This document shows positions 52,641 through 64,000 of a DNA stretch of 64,000 bases, piece by piece (positions within the stretch are counted from its first letter, which is position 1; each line of letters starts with the position of its first letter). Both the position numbers and the translations under genes were made by a program. This stretch comes from Tubiluchus corallicola (taxonomy: Eukaryota > Animalia > Priapulida): the NCBI GenBank assembly GCA_030141605.1, contig JAQGDQ010000648.1:55469-119468 (forward strand), in the 5' to 3' direction. A model generated the notes under the pieces. That model saw only the letters and a list, made by a program, of their open reading frames with translations. It did no database searches and was not told the origin of the DNA.

Positions 52641-53947
52641 GAATTGCTCATTCAATAAATGTTATTGAAAATAAATCAGCGCTAAAGCTATTTTTATTCC
52701 TAAATATATTTCACATTTTAAAATTGAGTTTAAAATTGATGAATGAGATTCCTGCACATTCTGACGTAAAGAAAATTATTTTTCATCATTTTAAAATTTG
52801 TCTGAAACGATAAAATATTATTAAAACATGTGTTATTTCAAAGAAGAAACAATTTTGCTACAATTTTTTTTTGTTGACAAAGCCACATATTCTTTAGGAA
52901 GGGCTTGATACTAGAGTTAAACGTAGCTTCTATTTGCTCTTGTAAAATCCATAGCAATCACAATTTCGCGTGGATGCTAAGTGTTTTGTAGAGACGCAAC
53001 AAAAAACTATGGCTGACTTTAACAGAATTATTTTCAAAATAACTGTTTTAGATGAGTAATTAGCTTGCACCATTTTTAGCCTACATCTCAACTTCAACAT
53101 GGATTATCTCAGCTTAGGAATAGCATAGAGCTACAAGCTTGGTATCAAAATGATCCTCATGGAATGGAAATTCAGAATATGTGAATAGCTGGAAAAGCTT
53201 CATTGCCGACTTGTGGGGAAATTTTCAATGCAAGCACACACAGTGAATTTACTGTTTGGGGTATTTCCACTGTGTGAAACAAACACATTTCTGTTTACAA
53301 AACATATATACAATTCAAAGATATATGTAAATACACAATTACAAATACAATCAATTAGCAAAACGTTTAGCAGACTTTATGCAGTTCTGCAAAAAATTGA
53401 AGAAAATGCCACTGGATTGACGACCCGGGGCCGGATTCCAAAAAAACTCTAACGAACTAACCGTAACTCTATCACTGTTTAAATGGCTATGGCTGGTGTT
53501 TTTGTAAAACAGGAAAAGGCTAATAGTAGAGTATAGAAATTTAATAAGTAGAGTTCGTATTTTTCAGTGTAATTAATTATCTGCTAGGTCTTTTATATAG
53601 TCAAAATTTTTGAGATAACATAGCAGTGTTTTTCTTTCTGGCAGCACCATATGTTTACCTTACCAAACAAGAAGTGGTCCAAACATCAAAATTAATTGCA
53701 GCCAGCAGCTATGTAAAGTCATTTTTGAAACGATTTGCTAAAGAAATTTCGTAGTTTGAGGACATTCTGTGTGGCAGGAACTTGAGCTGTTTAAAATAAG
53801 TGATTAAAGTTAAAAATTTTTGAAGATGAAAGTTTACAAGATTGAGCAAGTGAAGATGAACACTGTAACATTGCTGTGCCATCCAACGTACTCATCGTTG
53901 AAGTGTCACATATGCATTATTGATCTGTGTGTTAAATTTAAGTGAAC

Positions 53948-53952
<5 letters not shown>

Positions 53953-54028
<76 letters not shown>

Positions 54029-54030
54029 TT

Positions 54031-54113
<83 letters not shown>
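53953..54113. repeat. (TG)n microsatellite
   Basis: Near-perfect (tg)n with tt interruptions. Confidence 0.98.
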
Positions 54114-54115
<2 letters not shown>

Positions 54116-54699
54116 GAACACCATGATCCAACATTGCCATTTGGTATTGTTTTATTTTCATATCTCCATCACATTAGCTATTTCAGGAGCACTTTTCATG
54201 TCAATGTTTACTGTTTTGGCACTAAGGTATTACTAAGATCAAGGTCTGATGAGAGAGGGGCGTGGGGGTCAGTGACCCATGACACAGGTGTTTTGGGGGG
54301 CTTAAAGAAGATTAAGGACACAACCAGGGTTTTATTTAGCAAGTTCTGTAAAAGTTTTTTTTATAAAGTCTGCCCTGGGATAAAAACCAATGCTGATGCT
54401 AATTGCGATCGGGAAGGCTTCCTTATGCCGATAATTGTCAGTTATCATTTCAAATTACTCGGCTTTTCGTCAATTTTCGAATGAGTTTAATTTCAGCTAA
54501 AAGCAGTAAAAATAGGAGTAGCCCAACGAGAAATTTAAAGCAATAAATCACACGGTGAAAACTTTGTCAATAGTTTTGTATTCTCTCGGCTGCTCTTCCT
54601 TTAGTATTTTCACATGTAACTATTTGCTTTGTACAAGAATGCAGACGAATTTGTCCTTGGGTCATAACAAGAATTTTTTCTTGGGTCACAACTAGAATG

Positions 54700-57600
54700 A
54701 CTATTCATACTAAAGAGCAGACAAAAATAATCTATTTTCACTGATTATTGATAATTAAAGAGATTGATGTCTGAGGGGCAATTTCTGTCTTTAGCAAACA
54801 AATCACTTTAGAGAATTACCCTTTCATATGAACCCATGTTTGGTCATGTGATTGAACACACAAAATTGTCTGTGTTTTTCAAACACCTATTATTATGCAG
54901 CTTCGTCTATATTGTGATGGTAGGGGTACAGAAACTGTTTATTCTACTCTAAAATGCTTTGAAATCTGAAAACTTAAATTCAGTTATTGGAGTCCTTTTT
55001 AATCTTATCAAAACGTGACATTTCCTAATCGGTAACATGAGGAGAAACCTTCACTATTAGGACATTACTTCAAAGATTGCATTTTAGTTTTGAGTTAAAA
55101 TAAGTTATACTAAATCTATCTAGAATCATTTTTCTCTACAAATTTACGTACCCAATTTGTTAAATGTTATTTTTTCGCTAAATTTTGTGCAGTTACAATT
55201 TTGTTCTTGTAGTGCGATTTTTGTACTTTATAGAATAAATTTGTTTCAGGATTATACTTTATAGAATAGATTTATTTCAGGATTATCGCACCATCTTGTT
55301 AATATTGGTTTTGAGTGCATCAAGAGTACGGTTTTGTTTTATATATTCTTAATTAAGTTTAACCCAGGTATAAAGCCACACTGTAACAACTTAATGGCAG
55401 TTTGCATTCTACAATTTTTTAACATAGTATTAACATTTTTTTCCAATTTCTATAGTGCATAAAAGTCACTAAAGTAACAATTTGTTGAGTCATAAATCAT
55501 AAAAAATTGGCTGTGTACCAGTTCTGATTCAGTTGTTCCCTTGCAAAGAATTTTCTATAGTAACATATTGTACCTGTTTCTTTATTTGTGATTTTGTACA
55601 CTAGATGGCTGACAGACATTACCCGAAACTATTCAGCCAATTGGAGCATCCGCCATTACTAGACATGCGTGCTGCACTCCTGCGCTGTCAATCACTCTTA
55701 CCTATATGCTCTCGTGTTGCTTCCATGCATGCATTACTACACACACTGCTCCAGCATGTGCGAGAGAGCAGTTTATCCTTGCTGTGTTCCACACAGACCC
55801 ACATGTTTTGGTAAAATATTTTCTCTATCCATGTACACTAGCCAAAAATGAATGCAGGGAAATGTCCGTTTTCATCCTAATGTTCCTGTTTTGGTACAAA
55901 GGTATTACTGAAAACCCCAATGATGGGAATAAATTTTGCAGACATTTTCATAGAAACCTGAGTTGGTATAACTGTTTGTATATTTCTATGTTCTGTAAAA
56001 AATAACATAATACATGAACTTGTCACAGCAGCCACCCATCCATTTAACTTCCTCCCTTGCTGCTTTTCAAGTAAACCTCTCAACTTTTCAATTATTGTCA
56101 GTTAGCGACAGAAGCTCAAAAGCAGTTTCGATTGAGAGCTGGAATTAAATCTTCGTTATCAAAGCACAGGTGTGTTCTATTATTTTTGTTGGAAGTAATG
56201 CTTGTAATAATATATATCCCTGGGAAACATGCAGTAAGATGTTTTGTTAAATTTGAAAGGATAATAATGTGTTTTTAGATTTGAAAGCTAGTACTGCAAA
56301 CACAGGGCTCAAAACTGGCTTTTCTTATTATGATAATAAAGGGAGAGACCGCCTAACAATGATTGCTGTTTGGATAAGATTGAGAATGTTTTAAGTGCTC
56401 AGCCACCTGAACAAAAGCCTCTTTGTAAGATGGTGAAAGTTTTAAGTGCTCAGCCACATGAACAAAAGGCTCTTTGTAAGATGGTGAAAGTTTTAAGTGC
56501 TCAGCCACCTGAACAATAGGCTCTAATTTTCAATATTTTGCATGGGAAACGTAGTCCTACTCCAAATCATTGGTGATTATTATATGTCTTTCTTAACTGC
56601 AGCAAAGTATTTGCATTCCATCTTTTGTTAACTCTTCCTATGGGAGTTCCATTTAGGCAGCTTAACCAAACAAAAATGCTTCTGCATTCTATTGACATTT
56701 TTGTGTTTTGATTTCCATCTTTTGTTAACTCTTCCCCTGGGAGTTCCAGCTTAACCAAACAAAAAAGCTTTTGTATTCTATAGAAATTCTTGTCTGTATT
56801 TGCTTTCCATCTCTTCTTACTCTTTCACTGGTAGTTCCAAGTTGTCAGCTTAATTAAACAAAAAAGCTTCTCCCGTCTATTGATAATATCGTCTGTCTTT
56901 TAACCCATTCTTTCCAGTATTTAAACAGGGCGCAACTAGTTTACTTAAGATTTCTGAAATATGTGAAAACATTTTCCTGAGTTTAACACAAAGAAGTAAA
57001 ACTGTTCGACTCTGTTTAAAAACTTCTAGACTAAGATTAAGACTTTTCGTATGAAAGTGGTAATTATAGCCCACACGGCTATCCACAAGTCTAGGGCCCC
57101 ATCTCTCTATGTTTTAGTAAAATATATTCTCCATCCATGTGCACTAGCCAAAAATGAATGCGGAGAAACGTCTGTTTTCATGCTAATGCTCGCTGTTTTG
57201 GTACAAAGGTATTACAGAAAACCCCAATGATGGGAATAAAATTTTGCAGACATTTTCATAGAAACCTGATCTGGTAGAACTGCCATATACTCTGTTTCCA
57301 TGTTTCTATGTACTGTAAAAAATAACACAATAGACGAAGTTGTCACAGCAGCCACCCATCCATTTAGTTGCGAGTATCTGTAGTGCATTACTTCCTCTCA
57401 TGCTACTTATCATGTAAACCTCCCAACTTCTCCATTATTGTCATTTAGCGACAGAAGATCAAAAGCAGTTTCGTTTGAGAGCTGGAAATAAAGCTTTGTT
57501 ATCAAAGTGCAGGTGTGTTCTATTATTTTTGTTGGAAGTAATGCTTGTCATAATATATCGCACTAGGAAACATGTTTTGTTAAGATTGAAAGGAATGTGT

Positions 57601-58520
57601 TTTTAGATTTGAAAGCTTTTCAAACTGTTTGTATGGCAAATATTAAGCTAAAAGCTTTTCTTGTGATAATAAAGGTAGAGACTGCGCAACAATAATTGCT
57701 GTTTGGATAAGACGGAGAAAGACACCTGAACAAAGGCTCTTTATAAGATAGAGAAAGTTTTAAGTGCTCAGCCACCTGAACAAAAGGCTCTTTATATGTG
57801 GAATTCTAAGGTTCAAGTTCTGTTGTTGATTTTGAGCTGGGATAATTGCAGAGAGTGGTTCTGAAGCAAAGAAAAATATTTTCCCACATTTTAACATCTT
57901 GTGTAAATTAACCTCAGCTGAACACATGGGAATGACGCCAGGGAAAGACTTCTCAGCGTCATTTCAAATTCTATCTGCCATTGTTTTAAAAGGATTAATA
58001 GTTTCCTGTAAACTAGCAGTGAACAAAAATATTTTTCCATGTTATTACATTCTTAAGCAAATCAACCACTCAAGAACTGCTACCCCTGTGAAAAGAAAGA
58101 GCTTTCAAATCCGAGGCCCATAAATATTCGTCTTAGAATTTGTTTTGTTTGTGTAGGGATGTGAAAAATTTCTGAAATTTACTTAAAAATATCTTGGAGC
58201 CTAGGAGCCTAAAGAAAGACTCCACCGAAAGAGTTAAGAAAATAAAGCAGAAAGTTTTCAAAGACTGCTTTATGCACTTGGGAAAGATTTAAGAAAATAA
58301 AGCAGAACAATTACACACTTAAACTTCAAAGCTTGAATTCCATACCTTGGAAAGATTTAAGAAAACATAGCAGAGTATTTACACACTTGAATTTCAAAGC
58401 CTGCGTATATAATGAATTTCTGCAAAAATATGGTTAAAACCATTTTCTTTTGCTATGATAATAAACGAGACGCTGTTTAATGATAATAGCTGTTTAGATA
58501 AGAGTTGAGGAATTTAAAGT
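54700..58520 (+). repeat. Family A, longest copy, with an internal tandem duplication
   Basis: 55800-56420 is repeated at 57110-57790. There are three 51-bp tandem units starting at 56388, 56439 and 56490. Confidence 0.88.
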
Positions 58521-58524
58521 GCTC

Positions 58525-59245
58525 TACATTACGATCACATTACACCAGCCAGATCACATTACACCAAGCCACATAAAATCGACAACATCACATGGTGATT
58601 ACAGTGTAAATGACGATGATGATATGACATCTACAACACAAACACCAACAGCAGAGTATCATTGTGAGACCACGCAAAACAATTTGTACGAGGTTGAAGC
58701 TGTATGCCGCAATAAGTGCTTTAGACTGCCCATCAATGATCAATAATGCACAGACATTCTACATGGTTTTGCTTAATGGTTCTCTTTTGGTTATATGCAA
58801 ACAGATATAATTTACATGTACAAATGATAGTGCAATGTTGGATGACGACAATTCCTGTAATAGCCTCAAAATTGATGAAACTCAAAGACAATGGATGTTA
58901 CAAATAGCGTGCAACACAGGGGTGTTGAAATGCCACCCTTCAGTTTCCTCTAGTGGACCTCGCTCTCAATGATGCCTCCACATCTGATATAATTTCTCGC
59001 ACTCTTTCCGGGCATGCACTTGTTTTTTCCCCAACATGCCCAAACAGATGACAAATTGAGTTTACCTGGAATCTGTTTCTGCAGTTTTTCGCAAAATTTG
59101 TGTCAGAAAAAATTCCGTTGCGGGACATTGTGACCTACCCGCAGATTTTAATATGCCATCTACACCAACCATTGAAAGGACTCTCCAACCATTGCCAGCA
59201 GCAACTTTCGGCCCATTCCCGATCTTTGAAACTAAGAGGTACAGC
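58525..59245 (-). mobile_element. Helitron-like CAC family, diverged subfamily copy
   Basis: Core motifs caaagacaatggatgtt.caaatagcgtgca and ccaacatgccca are shared with the 19k, 42k and 45k copies. Confidence 0.65.
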
Positions 59246-59989
59246 TCTTTGGTCTCACACGATGTCTTATTTTAAGTATGTAATGAAAAGTATTGCCTTG
59301 TAGAACTGCCATAAACTACACGCAAGCAGAATCCAGTGGCAATTAATGAACCAGTTGTTTGTTAAATTACAAAATCATGTACTTCACATTTGCTTCTGCT
59401 TTAATTAAGTCTAGTTAATAAAATTATACTAAAGCTTTAGGTAACCATGCAGTTGTCTTAGAAGAACGTTGTAACGTTCTGGATGTACAGGCTAGTTTCC
59501 CAGTGCATTCAGTTCTCGATTGATTCTCATCAATTCGGTTCATTGTCGAGCAAAACAGAAAATAACTATGTACTCATTAAAACCCCAAGCCTGTCACCAA
59601 AGAGTACCAGTCACTTTCAAGAGAGGGCGGTGGCGCCACTAATTACACAGTTGGAAAATATGAGGTTTAAAATGGTTCAGATGGGTTTGTCTGAATGGTA
59701 TAATTCATTTTGAGCAAATTTAAAAAATAAGAAACTTTTTATACAATATTTATAAGGAATAATTTCAGCTTTATTAAGTCAGTCATTAGTCATTCGCAAA
59801 ATCATCCCAACAGAAAAGATTATTATCCCATCTTTAAACAATTAACATGCGCAAATCAAAGTAATTAAATAAGATAATCGTAGCATTCACAAAATGGACA
59901 TTATCAGGTCAAAGAGAAACACAGGCAAAAATTCGTAAAGTTTTAAGCAGTGTGGACAAGCTACAATGCAATAATCACAATTACAGTTA

Positions 59990-60790
59990 CTAGCCAAACC
60001 CTGCAAAACTACCCTGCATATAAAACCACAAAGACACAACATTACACTGCGTCACACCACTCACACCACATATGCCCAATACATCATCCACATCACACCA
60101 CCCGCACCATACCACCTACACAATGTCTGCAGCACCATGCTGAACCCACCACACCAAACCAATGTCATAATTATGATGACGACGACGGTGATTTTGGTTA
60201 TAACGATTATGACGGTGACGCCTACAATACCATCACGGGCAGCACAGCAGTATTGCGAAGGTTGAACTCTAACTCTTTGACATGGCAAATGCTATTAGAT
60301 CAGTAATAGCACCAATGATCAGTATAATGAAAGGGTATTCTGCGTGTTTGCAAACTGTTCCTTTTGATCATAAAGGACTATCATTGTAGTTCTTCATTAT
60401 AAGAGCCAGGAGCAGCTTCTATTGAGGCTAAATTCTAGGCAGAGTGCCATGGAATGACGTCAGGACACTGGCTTTTTCAGTCGATGCATATCCTGTTTTC
60501 TCTTTTTCTCAAAGAGCTATTATATGCTATTCCAAATCTGGGTTCCGAAAAAACGCCTGCTAAACGGTCACATGGCTTACCCAGGAATTTGCCTATAATA
60601 CCCAAGGGCTATCAATCCATTACCAGCACGGTTTCGAGGCCGTTTCCGTGCTCTAGAAATAAGAGATATAAATTTCGCCAAAAATGGAGCTAAAAGGCCA
60701 TTCTCGAGGTTTTTGCTCCTGTTCCTCCAGCTGTGCGCGCGCATTAATGTAAACCATTAACGAGATGACACTAGATCCAGACCTTTACAA
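59990..60790 (-). mobile_element. Helitron-like CAC family, diverged copy with CTAG terminus
   Basis: a|ctagccaaaccctgcaaaa at 59989, a CAC/GAT tract, then tccgaaaaaacgcc..ctagaaataagag..gacctt. Confidence 0.6.
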
Positions 60791-62006
60791 AAGGTATGTA
60801 ACAAATCACAAAAATAAATTATAAGACTAATCAAACACAACCAAAAAGTTTAAAGAGTCAGAAAACGTATATATCTTGTCAAACATGCTGCAGTACGATT
60901 CTCTTTGTTTTTGCCAAAAGTTTGCGATTATTTAGCTGGTCCAGTTAAAGGAGCAGAATATCGTCAGGAAAACGTAAATTTTGGGAATCGTGTGGAAACG
61001 AAAAACGAAAATTTTGAGAAAAAAGCAGCATGAAGCGTTTATGTAGAAAAGTAGCTGCAGTAAGAAACTGAAAGGAAAACTGTTGCAAAAATTAATAGCT
61101 GAAGTGTCACATGACTTTTTAAAGCAAATTGCAAGATGTTAAGCCATTAGTTTAAACATATCAGCTTAGGTGTGCAGGCAAACTGGCATAGCCATCATCA
61201 CAGCTGCAGGTTGTCATTATTTGCCGTCTAACAGCATAACTGAATACAATACTGACGCCATCTATCTTCTTGAGCCTCGTGACGTGGCCGATGTAAAAAA
61301 TGGTTTTACACCTATATAAAAAGCCAGGTGCTGCCAGCAACCAGGTAAAACTACCAAAAAAGTTTGATAAATATGAATAATTTATAATAGTTGAAAATGT
61401 TTCTGGCGTGATTTGAAACTTAAGCAGCTTGTTCTAGGTCGCTTTCCTGTCCGAATTTCAACAGTTCAACAGTTCTCCGGATCATTGGTTTAACTATATT
61501 ACTTCCTGGACGAGCTACAGAGTCATTTCCATTTGAAGTTCTAGCATTTTGCATTAGTTTACCTGCATAAGTCACAGAATTATTTTTCCGTGATTCATCG
61601 TCTGATTGCTGAATTCTTGTAAGAGACTGAGCGTGACTACTTATTAACTTTACCAAGGCACCAGTAACGTTGTTCAACTCTTTGGAACGGCAATTGTTTT
61701 GTGTAAATATTTTGCATAAATATTTTGTGTAAACGCTTACAATCGCTAGCGTCGCACCAGGTATTTAGTCATCCTTGCGTCCAATGAGTGCAGGGTGGTC
61801 AGGCGAAGTCATAATTGCTTTCGTTTCGTGATTATTTTTATTTGACGAACATTTTTCTTGTACACATTTGTTACAAATTTGAGGTCCACCAAGAAAGAGA
61901 AAGGGAGAGAGGGAAAGATAGAGAGAGAGAGAGAAGCGAGTGAGAGAGAAAAAGATGGATGGAGACAGAGGGTGAGCAGACGACGTCTTATACTAATTAT
62001 TTTGCA

Positions 62007-62374
62007 TCATCCCATAAGATATGAATCAGGCAAAGGTCTATGGCCATTGTCCATAAACGTTTTTGACAATTCACTGATATAATTATTAACTCGCTGCTGA
62101 AATCCAGGAATGATGTGGTAATAATGAGTAAAATACGTGTCGTTTATTGTATATGGCCTTTTTATCTGTTGCCCTGGGTACTTTTCTGCACAATGCAAAC
62201 GTGATTTGTTCTGTCCTGGAAAGCTTAAGACAGGTTCCAACTCTCTAGTCAAATTCGACTTTAGTTTTTCGTAGATAACAACGTAAATGTCTGTAGGTGA
62301 CTTCAACAGCCAGTTGGTGTAAAAGCTGAACCTGTGGTCTTGCAAAAATGGTCGGTTTAGAAACTCAAGCCATC
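62007..62374 (-). CDS. WSCD-family (WSC domain-containing protein-like) sulfotransferase, last coding exon
   Basis: Acceptor ttttgtttcag, phase 1. Reads WLEFLNRP..FYTNWL..IYVVIYEKLKSNLTRELEPVLSF..SRLHCAEK..IKR, matching the C-terminal half of the WSCD sulfotransferase domain. Stop at 62007-62009. Confidence 0.85.
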
Positions 62375-63734
62375 CTGAAACAAAAGCATAAAGAATTTAA
62401 ACGATTGCTTACACGTCTATAAGAACTTCCACGCAAAGTCATATTACTTAGCATTACCCTTACCTTTTTGTAAGACTCAGGTAATGGTAATTTACTACTC
62501 TTGGTAAATTAACATCCTTGTACGTACTCGTAAAATGTGCACTACTGACTCACCAAAAATCGTGTTTTTAAAGGAAAATAGGGTGATTTTTCATATCCTA
62601 GCCCATTTTGAACATACATTTCAGCACCTATAATAAGTGTCCGATAATCACATAATAGCTTAAAAACTTTACTAATGAATGATTGATTTACTGATTGATT
62701 AATTTATTTGTCTCATTTCATACGTTTATATATTATTTAGTAACACAAAGTCCACCCTTAACAGCGAAAGACATAATGGTCTCCTTTCAGCCACCCTTAA
62801 TGTCAAACTAGTGATGATAAAACAATTGATCATAATTTTTAGCAGTAGAAACATAAATTTTTTGACAGTGGTGCACATATTTGCGAAAGGTAAATTTGAA
62901 GCACCATGGTACTGTTCAAAATTCATTGTGATATTAGTCCTTTATAGGATTTTGGGGGTGAGGACAATTGTCAACAAGTATAAAAAAGCTTCAACTGTGT
63001 CTACGAAATAAACAAACACACACATCACTTCAAGATAATGAAACATGTTTTATCAAAAAGGTGATCAGTAATTATCTTTAATTATATTTTTCAAAAATTT
63101 ATTCATTGTTGTGCTGCATTCGAAAAAAAAGAAAACACTTTGCACAGTAAGCAGGACTGATTTAGTTCATGCATTTCGAACAATTCCTTTAAATATTACA
63201 GAAAGTAGAACGTTTTGAGTCACAGTTTAAGACTGGGTCAGGTTTTTCTCTAAATTTAAATGACAAGGAAAATGAAACTTATACTTTGGCTAAGTTAGTG
63301 AATTGTGCCCTACCAATGCCTTGATCATTTTTTCAAATTTTACTCATTGTTATCTAAATTGATTCAAACGACTTTTACTGGTCTTCGTCTAATGGCTTCC
63401 TCTAACGGCCATTGGAAGTTAAATTTTTATGTTTCATACACGTTGCAACTAACATCTAGGTGACAGTAAGTAGATGATACAAAATTTCAAGACAAATATT
63501 TTTTGCTTCTTGTAAGTAAAGAGTTTTCTTATGCTTTGATGTGTTTAATGGGCTGCTCTTGTATTCTTTTGATGTTCTCTTAGTGTCAACGTATCTGTCA
63601 TTTTTACACATTTATTGTCAGCATCGTTGCCAAAATCGTTATCAGTGCCATTGCAATTGCCAACATCATTGTCATTAAAATTGCCATTATTATTATCGAA
63701 TTAGTCACGGCGTTTTGAATTTGGTCATACGTAC

Positions 63735-63962
63735 TGTTCAAAACTTGGGGACTTTTATAGTCTGGTGCTCCACTCTTCCTGAATGATGGGATAAAAAAGA
63801 CCATTCTTTTGAACTCAGCATACACAACATCATAAGGGTTTCGAACCACAAGGATAGCGGCTGCAAAGTCCTTCAATGTGTCACTGTCTGATTTGTGTGT
63901 TTTAACAGCAATCGTCTTTCCATCAAAAGGCTTTAATCTTTTCACGTTATTAGGCCAATCTA
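63735..63962 (-). CDS. WSCD-family sulfotransferase, penultimate coding exon (gene continues beyond the window)
   Basis: Acceptor tttctttgcttcag, then TIAVKTH..AAILVVRNPYDVVYAEFKR (3'-phosphate-binding motif). Donor A|GTACGT at 63735/63734 is phase 1 and joins the last exon in frame (VLN-R-WLEF). Confidence 0.88.
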
Positions 63963-64000
63963 CTGAAGCAAAGAAATGTTAAAGTCTGAAGACATTAACT

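Noticed and set aside
53892-54484. CVCVCV / HTHTHT ORFs
   Set aside because: Translations of the (TG)n microsatellite.
61420-61677. 85-aa minus-strand ORF downstream of the sulfotransferase
   Set aside because: No ATG start and no recognisable domain. It could be a LINE ORF1 relic, but this cannot be supported by eye.
63604-63734. Hydrophobic C-terminal tail of ORF 63604-63945
   Set aside because: It lies after the in-phase GTACGT donor, so it is most likely intron read-through over a low-complexity tract.

Overview
AT-rich, repeat-dense eukaryotic DNA, most likely from an invertebrate animal. Only two host genes can be supported, and they converge from the window edges. One is an intact single-coding-exon Star-like FkbM methyltransferase (2098-3063, +). 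The other is the last two coding exons of a WSCD-type sulfotransferase (63962-63735 and 62374-62007, -). The ~58 kb between them holds mobile-element relics: piggyBac, a hAT-like fragment, several LINE pieces and a Polinton/virus-like gene pair. It also holds a CAC-microsatellite Helitron-like family ending in CTAG, a large modular repeat present in many deleted and inverted copies, and several mini- and microsatellites. The best finding is a 405-bp insertion at 26569-26973 (-) flanked by a perfect 16-bp target-site duplication. It is an internally deleted RTE retrotransposon (5' UTR, ORF start, ORF end, tail) with a near-canonical twister self-cleaving ribozyme whose predicted cleavage site sits 6 nt from the element's 5' end. 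All calls were made by eye without database searches, so repeat boundaries are approximate.
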